NCBI GenBank assembly: GCA_002687275.1 | Contig: NYZT01000011.1 | Span: 8,040 to 72,039, forward strand | DNA: 64,000 bases | Reading direction: 5' to 3' | Origin: Candidatus Woesearchaeota archaeon | Lineage (GTDB): Archaea; Nanobdellota; Nanobdellia; Woesearchaeales; ARS49 | Shown: positions 55,204-64,000 of the stretch, piece by piece | How positions within the stretch are numbered: the stretch's first letter is position 1 | How the letters are laid out: each line of letters opens with the position of its first letter | Notes under the pieces: model-generated | Databases searched by the model: none | Told to the model about the DNA's origin: nothing | What the model saw: the letters and a program-made list of their open reading frames with translations, nothing else | Program-made: the position numbers and the translations under genes

Positions 55204-56406
55204 TTATCGACGGAAGCTTCCAAACCTTGGTCGGTCGGTTCTGCGCCGTTGTGGCATGCGTCCTCGGCCGCCTGGTTTTTCTGCAAACGGATTGAAGGCT
55301 ACCTTGTTGAATTTTGGTAGGTCTCCTCGCTGGATTTTTAGCGTTGCATCTTCTAGGACGTTGTTGAAGTTGTCGTAGTCTCTCTCGCTTAGCAAGGTTA
55401 CTGCGTCTCCGCTTTCGCCTGCTCGTGCGGTTCTCCCAATTCTGTGGATGTACTCATCAGATGTTGGTGGAACGTCGTAGTTGTACACGTGGGTGACGTC
55501 TTTGATGTCTAGTCCTCTTGCAGCAACGTCGGTTGCCACCAAAACTTGGATTTTTGCATCATGCAAGCTTTGTAACGCATGCTCTCGCTTGTTCTGGGTC
55601 ATGCCGCCGTGGATGCCCATGGCTTTGACCTTGTTGTTTTGCAAGTTCTTTGCAACCAATGAAGCCTCTCTTCTTGTCGCACAGAACACCAGGGCTAGCC
55701 CGTCTGTCTTTTCTCGTAAGAAGTGGACGAGGGCTGAGAACTTTTCTCTTCTGTCAACAACAAAATACTCTTGCTTTAGCTGTGAGTGGTCTACCTTGTC
55801 CTCTCCTTTGATGGTGACAGGATCTCTCAGGTGTTTTTCTGCTAGCTTGTAGATGTGCTCTCCTACGGTTGCAGAAAATAATAGTGTCTGTCTGTCGCTG
55901 GAAACATCGCTGATGATTCTTTCTACATCCTCGATGAATCCCATCTCAAACATTCGGTCTGCTTCGTCAAGAATCAACCATTTTACGGTTTCAAGATTTA
56001 GCGTACCTCGTTCGATGTGGTCTAGCACTCGTCCGGGTGTGCCAACCAAGATCTCTGAGGTTTGTATGCCGTGTTCTTGTGGTTCGTAGCCAACACCGCC
56101 GTACACTTGGACGACGTTTACGCCTACTGTCTTGCCAAAGTTTTGGAAGACATCGGCAACTTGGGAACAGAGTTCTCTTGTTGGTGTTAGTACTAGTACT
56201 TGTAGTTTGCCTGGCTGTAGTTTGTTCAGCACGGGTAGGCAGAATGCAGCGGTCTTTCCGCTGCCTGTCTTGCTTTTTCCCACGACATCCTTGCCTTCAA
56301 GGATGAGGGGTATGCACTTTTCTTGTATCGTGGTCCACTCTGTGAAACCTTCTTTTTTTACGGCCTGATTTAGCTCAGGCTTTAGTTGTATGCTATCTAT
56401 GCTCAA
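55204..56406 (-). CDS. DEAD-box ATP-dependent RNA helicase
   Basis: Q-motif, Walker A (SKTGSGKTAAF), PTRELC, DEAD (LILDEADRM), SAT, HRIGRTARAG motifs all present. Confidence 0.9.
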   Translation of the reverse strand: MSIDSIQLKPELNQAVKKEGFTEWTTIQEKCIPLILEGKDVVGKSKTGSGKTAAFCLPVLNKLQPGKLQVLVLTPTRELCSQVADVFQNFGKTVGVNVVQVYGGVGYEPQEHGIQTSEILVGTPGRVLDHIERGTLNLETVKWLILDEADRMFEMGFIEDVERIISDVSSDRQTLLFSATVGEHIYKLAEKHLRDPVTIKGEDKVDHSQLKQEYFVVDRREKFSALVHFLREKTDGLALVFCATRREASLVAKNLQNNKVKAMGIHGGMTQNKREHALQSLHDAKIQVLVATDVAARGLDIKDVTHVYNYDVPPTSDEYIHRIGRTARAGESGDAVTLLSERDYDNFNNVLEDATLKIQRGDLPKFNKVAFNPFAEKPGGRGRMPQRRRTDRPRFGSFRR

Positions 56407-56572
56407 TTTTAACCTCCTCGGTCAAAAGAATTCGTATTTCCAGCCATCTTTATGGCAGGTTAATCCTCCTAACCTTCTCTCTACCAGTAAGTAACAGTTC
56501 ACGGTTTATAAACCTTGCGATTCGTGACTAAATAAGGGACAGGTTTAAGAGTGCAAGAGGATAATAGCCATC

Positions 56573-56971
56573 ATGCGCATCTACCGAGGAGAAAGCGGAG
56601 GCTTTGTGTTTGAGTGCTCTGCAGCGCCGTCTCACGTGGTGACCAAACTTTCTGATACTGATGACGCGTACTGGACGTTCTATCATCTTGTGGATTGCGA
56701 CGGGTGGAGGGTTAACCGCTCAGAAGAGGTCTGCACCTCGCTTGATATGGCAGGCCAGAGAATACGTCCTAACGTACGCTCTAGTAGGGTCTGGGGGACC
56801 CAACCCCAAAGAACTAGACAGCTCATCCGCCAGGTCGTCAAAGAAAGCCACGGCAAGCCAGGCGTACACGCAGACTGCCTCGAAGAGGCACTAACAGATG
56901 TGTTACTCCTCGGAAAAGATCACCTTTATCAATCAGACCCTGTTGAAGCATCCAAGGACGGTAATGGGTGA
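56573..56971 (+). CDS. hypothetical protein
   Basis: 132-aa ORF ending 3 nt before the aminopeptidase gene on the same strand. Confidence 0.35.
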   Translation: MRIYRGESGGFVFECSAAPSHVVTKLSDTDDAYWTFYHLVDCDGWRVNRSEEVCTSLDMAGQRIRPNVRSSRVWGTQPQRTRQLIRQVVKESHGKPGVHADCLEEALTDVLLLGKDHLYQSDPVEASKDGNG

Positions 56972-56974
56972 AGC

Positions 56975-58543
56975 ATGGCTGACAAACCAGGGACACCTAA
57001 ACGCAAAAAGGCAAGTACCTCGCGGAAGAGGACGTCTAGAAGGAGACCTCCGAAGCCGCCTCAGACCCAGGCGGAGAAGCTAGAAAGAGAGATATTTTTA
57101 CAAAACCGCCATCACGTCCAAGAGCATCATTCGCATGACAGCGCCTGGCACGCCCTCCCTCCTGGAGGAATTAGTGATGTTCGTCGCTATGCTACAGGCT
57201 ACATGAGGGCCTTGGCCCATAAGCATCACCGCTTACGAGCAGACTACCTTTGCAACGAATTAGAAAGAGCAGGGTATGTGGAGATGGACTTAGAAACCGC
57301 GCTTACCGCAGACATGGAAAGCTTGGGAAACCGAAAAAAATTCTATGCAAGACGGGGATTGATGGTTTTTGGCATCCAAGTGGGTCTTAAGGGTATTGAA
57401 GAGGGAATGCACATTGTAGCAGCCCATATTGACTCTCCGTGTTTGAGAGCGACAGACCATCCTCTACGTCAGAATTACAACCAAGCAGGCATACAGTGCA
57501 TGCATTATGGCGGAATAAAATCGAACGATTTCATGAACATACCTCTTGCAATGTATATCCATGCGGCTTTGAGAAACCGCGAGGGAAAGCTAGAAGAACG
57601 ACACATTATCATCGGGGATGACAACGGCGAGCCACACTTTTTTGCCCCGTCCGCAGCCTTCCATTATACTAATGAAGAAGCTGAGATGGACGCGCTTCGA
57701 GTGTTGATTGGCAACCGGCCATATAATGATAAAGGCTTCAATCCTAAGAAAACAGTCATACTACAGGCCATGAACGGCCTGCGTAGAACCACACAAACCC
57801 AGATTACCGAGCGAGACATTGAAGATGCAGATATTTGGTTCTTCCCCGCCGGGCAGGCCAGATTTGCTGATCTTGACAAGTCAATCATTGCAGCGCCTGG
57901 CCAAGACAACATGGCAACGGCCTATGCTTTGTTGAGAGGCTTTATTGGAACGACACGACCTGAGTATACAAAGCTTGCAATATGGTATTCTGGAGAGGAG
58001 GTTGGAGATGCCGGAGCTGGTAGCCTACGACAGAACACGTTCTCAGATGTTGTCACGCCCGCAATAACCTTCTTAAGAGGTAAAGAGTCAGGTCACGAAC
58101 ACAAAGGCCTCAGAAATGGGTGGAGCCTGTTCTTAGATGTCACAGCCCCTGGAAGTCCTAGCCAGATGGGGTTGCACGATGTTAAGGATTGTGCTTACAT
58201 GGGCGCTGGACCTGTGCTTGTTTACAGCGGTGGTGATACTGGTGCCTATGGAGGATATGACTCAGACCCTGTGTTCCGCAGCATGTTTAGACGCGTGCTG
58301 GATGATAACGACATCCCACATCATGTGGCCATGATGGGATCGCAAGAGGAGCGTATAGCTAACGCTTCAGATATTTTCCACACCACGCTCGGCACGCGAG
58401 GAATCGATGCGGCAATATCCATACTGGGCATGCACCGAGGGATAGAACACGTCGCCGCAATAGATGCGTATTACTTAGAAAGATTGGTGAGAGCATTCTA
58501 TGGTGTCAAGAACCACGCAAAATACGAAATTCCTCTGAAATAA
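56975..58543 (+). CDS. M18-family (aspartyl) aminopeptidase with basic N-terminal extension
   Basis: AAHIDSPCLR (M18 signature around the catalytic His/Asp) and the overall 430-aa core. It is preceded by about 45 aa rich in K/R/P (KRKKASTSRKRTSRRRPPKPP). Confidence 0.6.
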   Translation: MADKPGTPKRKKASTSRKRTSRRRPPKPPQTQAEKLEREIFLQNRHHVQEHHSHDSAWHALPPGGISDVRRYATGYMRALAHKHHRLRADYLCNELERAGYVEMDLETALTADMESLGNRKKFYARRGLMVFGIQVGLKGIEEGMHIVAAHIDSPCLRATDHPLRQNYNQAGIQCMHYGGIKSNDFMNIPLAMYIHAALRNREGKLEERHIIIGDDNGEPHFFAPSAAFHYTNEEAEMDALRVLIGNRPYNDKGFNPKKTVILQAMNGLRRTTQTQITERDIEDADIWFFPAGQARFADLDKSIIAAPGQDNMATAYALLRGFIGTTRPEYTKLAIWYSGEEVGDAGAGSLRQNTFSDVVTPAITFLRGKESGHEHKGLRNGWSLFLDVTAPGSPSQMGLHDVKDCAYMGAGPVLVYSGGDTGAYGGYDSDPVFRSMFRRVLDDNDIPHHVAMMGSQEERIANASDIFHTTLGTRGIDAAISILGMHRGIEHVAAIDAYYLERLVRAFYGVKNHAKYEIPLK

Positions 58544-58581
58544 CTACCACCTTATTTATATGAGTTTGCCACAACGAGGGT

Positions 58582-58995
58582 ATGCGATGGCTATTACTGT
58601 TTTTGTTGGTCGGCTGCGGAACCTTTCCCCATATCGATTTTGAGACGAAAGATTCCACCCTAGAGGTCGAGGTAGAGTTAGCGATAGAGTCTATGGACCA
58701 AACACGAGGGCTGATGTTTCGGAACTCGCTAGCACCTGACAAGGGCATGCTGTTCATGTTCGATAGCGAAGAGCACAGAGCGTTTTGGATGAAAAACGTA
58801 CGATTCCCTATTGACATGATCTTCTTAGACAAGGACTGGGTGGTGGTGGACATCCAGCAGGCAGAGCCCTGCCTTGCCGACCCTTGCGAGCATCACGTGA
58901 GCAAGCAACCCACACAATACGTCCTAGAGGTCAACAAGGGCTTTGCCAACAAGCACGGCATCCAAGAAGGGCACTACGGTCGTTTCCACCCATAG
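58582..58995 (+). CDS. DUF192 family protein
   Basis: Signal/lipobox-like N-terminus (LLVGCGT) then LEVEVELAIESMDQTRGLMFRNSLAPDKGMLFMFD...FWMKNVRFPIDMIFLDKD, the DUF192 core. Confidence 0.55.
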   Translation: MRWLLLFLLVGCGTFPHIDFETKDSTLEVEVELAIESMDQTRGLMFRNSLAPDKGMLFMFDSEEHRAFWMKNVRFPIDMIFLDKDWVVVDIQQAEPCLADPCEHHVSKQPTQYVLEVNKGFANKHGIQEGHYGRFHP

Positions 58996-59043
58996 AGTAC
59001 GTACTAAATCGTTTAATACGGCCATATTTGCCGCTACTATGAG

Positions 59044-59241
59044 GTGAATATAATGCAAGGATGCGAAAAGTGCATGAAAATGTGCGGCACCATAACGCTT
59101 GTTCTAGGTATATTGTTCTTACTTAGAGACTTGAGCATATGGCACTTCTGGAATATCCAGTGGTGGACAGCTGCATTTTTGATGATGGGCTTAGGAAAAG
59201 TAGGCTCACAAAACTGCAAAGCATGCAAATCCAAGAAGTAA
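59044..59241 (+). CDS. small Cys-rich membrane protein (uncertain)
   Basis: MNIMQGCEKCMKMCGT...two TM helices...NCKACKSKK; Cys pairs at both termini. Confidence 0.3.
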   Translation: MNIMQGCEKCMKMCGTITLVLGILFLLRDLSIWHFWNIQWWTAAFLMMGLGKVGSQNCKACKSKK

Positions 59242-59293
59242 GGTACAACCTTACTTTCTGGTCCATGTTTATAAGTAGACTTCACGCTATACT

Positions 59294-60196
59294 TTGATGC
59301 GTGTTTTAGTTACTGGCGGGACAGGCTTCATCGGAAGCAACCTCGTCCAAGAACTCATAAAACAAGGTCACGACGTTCTCATTACAGGGCATGATGCCGA
59401 ACAAAAAATACCTGACTTTTCTGGCACCGTGCTCCAACCCTCTCTCGTAGGCATAGATTTTGAGAGACTAGGGAAGATCGATGTTTGTTTCCACCAAGCA
59501 GCCATCAACGACACCACGCTGATGGACAAGGAGGAAATGTTCCGTGCCAACGTCCACAGCAGCATAGAATTATTCAAAAAGCTCATTGCAAACGGTTGCA
59601 CGCGTATTGTTTACGCCTCCTCAACAGCAGCATATGGTGATGCGCCCGTGCCATTCAAAGAAGATGGCCCTATGCGCCCGATGAACCCGTACGGTGAAAG
59701 TAAACAACGACTAGAAGAGGAAGCAATGATACTAGCAGCACAAAACCCAGGTGTTGTGTTTGTTGGCTTGCGTTATTGCAACGTGTACGGGCCAGGCGAG
59801 GACCACAAAGGTCCGAGAGCAAGCATGATCTACCAGCTAGCACAGCAGATGAAAGAAAAAAATCCAAAACTGTTCAAGATGGGCGAGCAAAAAAGGGAGT
59901 GGGTGTACGTCAAGGACGTGGTAAAAGCTAATCTGCTAGCAGCAAAGGCAACGCGAAATTGTGTTGTTAACGTGGCCACAGGTACTGCGACAACTTTCAA
60001 CAAGATCGTGGAGATACTAAACAACGCCATGGCCACCTCACGCACGATAGAGTATATAGACAACCCTCATGAGGCGTATCAAACGCATACAGAATGCGAC
60101 ATGGGCCATGCCAAAGAAATGATCGGTTTCGAGCCAGATTTCGACGTGGAAGCAGGCATCAAGGACTACTTCGAAAGCGGACGCCTGCTAAGCTGA
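59294..60196 (+). CDS. NAD-dependent nucleoside-diphosphate-sugar epimerase/dehydratase (SDR extended family)
   Basis: VLVTGGTGFIGSNLVQEL Rossmann motif and YxxxK-type catalytic region (YGESKQRLEEE). Confidence 0.75.
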   Translation: MMRVLVTGGTGFIGSNLVQELIKQGHDVLITGHDAEQKIPDFSGTVLQPSLVGIDFERLGKIDVCFHQAAINDTTLMDKEEMFRANVHSSIELFKKLIANGCTRIVYASSTAAYGDAPVPFKEDGPMRPMNPYGESKQRLEEEAMILAAQNPGVVFVGLRYCNVYGPGEDHKGPRASMIYQLAQQMKEKNPKLFKMGEQKREWVYVKDVVKANLLAAKATRNCVVNVATGTATTFNKIVEILNNAMATSRTIEYIDNPHEAYQTHTECDMGHAKEMIGFEPDFDVEAGIKDYFESGRLLS

Positions 60197-60224
60197 GGTT
60201 TATATACTACTTGTTAGTTACTCT

Positions 60225-60728
60225 ATGATGCATACTGTTGAGCTCGATATTTCCAATCGTGAATGTGATCTAGAATTTGCACACATCCTGTTAGGAGATA
60301 ATGGCTATGTACATCAAGTCCTAAGGCAGGTTGAACTCGCTAGTGAAAAATTCCAAGGATTCCATTCGCGAGGAAGAGGAGAGCTCTATCTCGGCAGCAG
60401 GAAAACTACTTGCGAAGATGGAGTCATTCTTGCTAACTCCCTTGGGACAGGCGTCATATTCTATAGTTCATATGACATTCGGCAAGGTGTAATACCTGAA
60501 GAATTCGAAGCATTTAGGGAAACGCGTACTCTTTTGTCACGACTCAACACCGCTGTGCTTCAAGGAACTAGAAAACTTGCCGCTCTCACGAGTGAATGGT
60601 TAAATGTTTATTCTACATCTCAGGTGCAAAGCCTTCTCGAGGTCGCACAAACCCGACAATTCGTGTTTTCTGTAACGTTAAGAGACGAGACCCTAAGACC
60701 TGCGATAAGAAGAATGCAAAAACACTAA
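60225..60728 (+). CDS. hypothetical protein
   Basis: 167-aa ORF; no motif. Confidence 0.35.
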   Translation: MMHTVELDISNRECDLEFAHILLGDNGYVHQVLRQVELASEKFQGFHSRGRGELYLGSRKTTCEDGVILANSLGTGVIFYSSYDIRQGVIPEEFEAFRETRTLLSRLNTAVLQGTRKLAALTSEWLNVYSTSQVQSLLEVAQTRQFVFSVTLRDETLRPAIRRMQKH

Positions 60729-60799
60729 GATCGCAACTGAAACTACCTCTAAGTGATATCAAGGTGAAGGTTTATAAGGATGCTGCTGCTCCCCCTGTC

Positions 60800-61180
60800 A
60801 TGTTTAAGGACAGGGATTTGAGAAAGCTGTGCGAGGATTCTTTCAGCCGTGTCAAGCACGACATGGACCAACTCAACGTTAAACAAACTGATCAGCAAAA
60901 GGAAATGGATCAGATGAAAGAAAAACTATTGAATCTTTACGGCATGCTCACGGACATGCAAGCTGCGCTTGCAGATCCTGTAAAGAAAGAATCTGAAGCA
61001 AAAGAAGAGACCAAGCAAGAACGTAAGAAGAAAGATTTCGTGGTCAGCATGAGGTCGGGGAAAGTCCACCAACGAGAATGCTTTTTTGCTCGAAAGATCG
61101 ATCCACGCCACAGATTATTGTTTGATACTAAGTTAGATGCTGTGAATGATGGCTATGCGGTTTGCTCTGCTTGTGCTTAG
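60800..61180 (+). CDS. coiled-coil protein with C-terminal Cys motif
   Basis: Start placed at the ATG after the upstream stop (MFKDRDLRKL...), which avoids the 130-nt out-of-frame overlap. Ends with ...DGYAVCSACA. Confidence 0.35.
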   Translation: MFKDRDLRKLCEDSFSRVKHDMDQLNVKQTDQQKEMDQMKEKLLNLYGMLTDMQAALADPVKKESEAKEETKQERKKKDFVVSMRSGKVHQRECFFARKIDPRHRLLFDTKLDAVNDGYAVCSACA

Positions 61181-62949
61181 TACGGTTCTGGCTCATCTCT
61201 CCATATCTCCTCAGCTGTCTTAATCCCGTAGATGAGAGGGATGCCTGCTGTCGCCCGCTTACTAGTGGGTCGATACTCATATTCCCATGTTTGCCAGCGC
61301 TCTGCCCCGTCGTACACCGAGTCCATTTCGATGAACTTGTGCCATCCTACCCTGCGCTCGTTAAATCGTCTTCTTGTACGCGCGATCCAGCTGTTGGGTG
61401 CTGTCTCTGTTTTGAAGTGTTTGGCTGCTTGGTAGCAAGCGTAGCGGGGTCGGGTCTCGGCGATCTTAGCTAGGCATTGCATGACGTCTGCATGCTCTCG
61501 CAGGTCTACTTGGGGCGGTGAGAGTCCGCGATCATCATTTGTTCCAAACCACTCGTTCAGGAGAACTGCTGCCATGTCTCGCTCCTCAAGCGGGGCGGGT
61601 GTTTCGTCTTTGTGTTCTTCAATGTATCGCCATACTTCCTCAACGTGTTTTTGTGTACCTCTGAGATGTTCGTTTAGTCCGTCCATGAACGGGTTTAGTC
61701 TTTCCTCAGGCAAGGACACCAACCATGACATCGCTGCTAAGGGAATGTATTGCTGGACGAAGTGCCTGTTGGCCCAGCACAATCCTAGTCTTATGTTTTG
61801 CATTCGGTCACGAAGATCCGTGCACTGTTGGGCGTAATCGTTATCTAGATCATGTAGGTTAGCGTATCGTGCGGCTTCCTGCCATCGATAGTCGTCCATG
61901 AGTAGCTTGTGGTAGAATTTTTGTTGGTACAATCGGTTGGCTGCATCTTCGCTGTGGAGAAGATGACCATACATGTCATCTCCAGGAACGAGCACTAACT
62001 CTTCTAGATAGTATTTTTCTACCGCTCGCCGCCTTATCTTTTCTATGGTTGCCTTAGGCCGGTCGACCTTTCTGTAGAGTAATGCTGCGCTGTACCAGCT
62101 GGTTGCCTTGTCAAGTAAGTCAAAGGCCGTCTCAAAATCTTGCATCTCTGTGCACACTCTTCCTTCTGCTCCATGTTGGTTGCAGTAGGAGAGCATGACG
62201 CGGGCTGCTTCGTAAATGTCAAGATACCGCTCACTCCCTCTCGCTTTTGCGGTTCTTGCCCATGTGACTATTTCCTTTGCTGCTCCAAGGGGTGTCTTGC
62301 CAAAGGCAAATTTGCATTCTGCCACCTCCGTCCACCCCTCCAATTTTAACTGTTTTATTCCGCTCTCTGTGCGTTGTGCGAATTGCGGCCATTCCACATC
62401 CTGAAACATGATTACAGAATCTACTATCCAGTCGAAGCGCTCTGCTTTGTAGCCGACGCGCGCTGCCCTGAAGTGATCTCCGCGAGCTTGGTGGTGTTTT
62501 CGCCACTTGTCGTATATTGGCATGGGATCTTTTTCTGTTTTGAAATGCACGCTCTTGGCAAGGTAGTGGCACATCTCTGGTGAGGCTCGTTCTGCTAGGA
62601 CCTCGACAGATTCGTCATTTGCAAGCCATTCTAAGAACAGGGCGCCCATGCTCTCGTCTCCGTTGATGTTGTGGTGTACTAGTATGGCGGTGTCATAGTC
62701 TTCTAGGCCCTCTGCAACCATGGCTATCCGAAACTTTTGTGCAGGACCTAGGCGATCGAAGAAGGGATGCTCTTGTGGTCCTGATCCAACAAACTCGTGT
62801 TGGAGACTTTTTAGCTCACGATATCTGACGTAGTTTATACGCGCAGGGTTCCTGTCCTTGGTGGTTATTATATTAGATGAATCAAACTCGCCCATCAGGC
62901 TCTCGATGCTTGGAATGTCCGACATATCCCGCCAGGGCAGAGATGGCAT
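61177..62949 (-). CDS. large hypothetical protein (590 aa, Trp/Tyr-rich, no recognisable domain)
   Basis: Long ORF with no motif I can assign; followed on the same strand by a B3/4-domain gene. Confidence 0.45.
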   Translation of the reverse strand: MPSLPWRDMSDIPSIESLMGEFDSSNIITTKDRNPARINYVRYRELKSLQHEFVGSGPQEHPFFDRLGPAQKFRIAMVAEGLEDYDTAILVHHNINGDESMGALFLEWLANDESVEVLAERASPEMCHYLAKSVHFKTEKDPMPIYDKWRKHHQARGDHFRAARVGYKAERFDWIVDSVIMFQDVEWPQFAQRTESGIKQLKLEGWTEVAECKFAFGKTPLGAAKEIVTWARTAKARGSERYLDIYEAARVMLSYCNQHGAEGRVCTEMQDFETAFDLLDKATSWYSAALLYRKVDRPKATIEKIRRRAVEKYYLEELVLVPGDDMYGHLLHSEDAANRLYQQKFYHKLLMDDYRWQEAARYANLHDLDNDYAQQCTDLRDRMQNIRLGLCWANRHFVQQYIPLAAMSWLVSLPEERLNPFMDGLNEHLRGTQKHVEEVWRYIEEHKDETPAPLEERDMAAVLLNEWFGTNDDRGLSPPQVDLREHADVMQCLAKIAETRPRYACYQAAKHFKTETAPNSWIARTRRRFNERRVGWHKFIEMDSVYDGAERWQTWEYEYRPTSKRATAGIPLIYGIKTAEEIWRDEPEPY

Positions 62950-62956
62950 AAAAACG

Positions 62957-63625
62957 TTAGCTCAGAACTTCTACTTTGGACTCGCCGCCGCAATATTTTG
63001 TAACTAGCTCTGCAAGTTCGTCAGAGATGGCTTGGATGTCATCTTTGGAAAAGGGAGGTAAGCCTTCTACGACGAGAACGGCATTCTTTGTGGCTTCGGT
63101 CATTTTTGTCTTGTCGCACTCTCGCCAGTTCCACCTGCGGCAAAGAACTTCCTTGTCATCTTTGTAGATGACTTCTCCTGGCTTGGGATTGCTTTGTTCT
63201 TTGCTGTTTAGTTGCTCGAACGACTCATCCCCTTTTGCTAGCGTTAGCGTGATCTCGCCGTCTACCTTGTCTGCGTCATCCCCGCCAGCAGGGATGGTGT
63301 GCTTGAGTGAGATGTAGTTGTAGATGTCCACCACTGGGTTTATGCTTCGTAGCGTCATGCCTTCTAGAATCATGCGGTAGAGGTTTTCTACTGAGCACCG
63401 GTATTTTGAGGGCTTTGCGCCAAACGAGCGGTAGGCCTCTTGCCAGGATTTTATTTTTGGGTTGTCAACTAGCTCGTGAATGTTTAGACTCTTGACTTTT
63501 GTTTGTTCTTGTTGTACCAGCTTCGCAACTTCGTCGTGCGGTTTGGTGTTGTCAATGCCTGTTATACTTACAACACCTATGTGCAGGCCTGGAAACTTTT
63601 CTTTTACTTCAGGATTCAGGTTCAT
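62957..63625 (-). CDS. B3/B4 tRNA-binding-domain protein (stand-alone)
   Basis: Length about 220 aa. Regions FPGLHIGVVSITGIDN and NPVVDIYNYISLKHTIPAGGDD resemble the PheT B3/B4 domain found as solo proteins. Confidence 0.45.
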   Translation of the reverse strand: MNLNPEVKEKFPGLHIGVVSITGIDNTKPHDEVAKLVQQEQTKVKSLNIHELVDNPKIKSWQEAYRSFGAKPSKYRCSVENLYRMILEGMTLRSINPVVDIYNYISLKHTIPAGGDDADKVDGEITLTLAKGDESFEQLNSKEQSNPKPGEVIYKDDKEVLCRRWNWRECDKTKMTEATKNAVLVVEGLPPFSKDDIQAISDELAELVTKYCGGESKVEVLS

Positions 63626-63963
63626 GATGTCAAAGTGACCGCTTTATATTCTATCTCTACGGGCTTGCCTTCTTTCAATAAGCCGACAATGCCTGCTCTG
63701 CCTGAAGCTGCTATCTTGGCGTGGACGGTGATGTCTCGTGTGGGCACGTCTGCGTGGTGTTCGAAGAAGAACTGTTCGATGCCGAAGCGCAGACTTCGTC
63801 CTTCTAGTGTTCCACGGATGAACAAGCCATCAGGAACGGTTGTTGAGACCGTGGTTGCTCTGGCAATTCCCTCTGCGTCTGGTTGGAGGCCTATGTAGAC
63901 GTGGTCTCCGTTTGTTAGTCCTTCTGGTCTCTCAACATTTGCTATTTCATAATTGATGATCAT
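63622..63963 (-). CDS. hypothetical protein
   Basis: 113-aa ORF 4-nt overlapped with the B3/4 gene; no motif. Confidence 0.3.
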   Translation of the reverse strand: MIINYEIANVERPEGLTNGDHVYIGLQPDAEGIARATTVSTTVPDGLFIRGTLEGRSLRFGIEQFFFEHHADVPTRDITVHAKIAASGRAGIVGLLKEGKPVEIEYKAVTLTS

Positions 63964-64000
63964 GTACTGGCCTCGGAAGGGATCAAACGGATCTACGGGT

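Noticed and set aside
1-64000. tRNA genes, rRNA, CRISPR arrays, transposases and integrases
   Set aside because: I scanned intergenic gaps for GC-rich cloverleaf-like starts and T-loop (GTTCRAATC) matches, and for regularly spaced repeats, and found none. A proper tRNAscan or CRISPR search is needed to exclude short tRNAs definitively.

Overview
This 64 kb window reads as an archaeal chromosomal segment. It carries archaeal/eukaryal-type informational genes: ribosomal proteins L10e and L15e, Cbf5 pseudouridine synthase, SRP54, type-2 methionine aminopeptidase, class II LysRS, an Lhr helicase and a DEAD-box helicase. These are interleaved with bacterial-like accessory genes: a grpE-dnaK-dnaJ operon, HtpX/LemA, MscL, a PlsC-like acyltransferase, lipoprotein LivK-like binding proteins, tandem BatA-like vWA proteins and NUDIX hydrolases. 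Gene density is high on both strands, and most internal antisense ORFs in the six-frame track are shadow ORFs. I found no rRNA, CRISPR array, transposase or integrase, and no tRNA I could convince myself of by eye. Three TrmB-family regulator paralogs are present, two of them divergently paired with orphan LivK-like solute-binding lipoproteins. The most unusual locus is an AT-rich region at 33.5-34.3 kb that the ORF track leaves empty. It actually holds a tandemly duplicated two-gene cassette of about 40-aa microproteins, each an acidic Trp-rich peptide followed by a peptide with a conserved IED..AFL.N.L.DR..R..YQ motif. Each cassette sits behind a near-identical 23-nt AT-rich promoter-like element, and a strong hairpin/oligo-T terminator separates the two copies. 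Other notable signals: a recurring TCCGGAA-type palindrome that brackets a VRR-NUC nuclease gene and recurs 24 kb away; a perfect 7-5-7 inverted repeat between grpE and a divergent wHTH regulator; a tiny acidic ORF with an ATGA overlap on L15e; an M18 aminopeptidase with a Lys/Arg-rich N-terminal extension; and several large ORFans.
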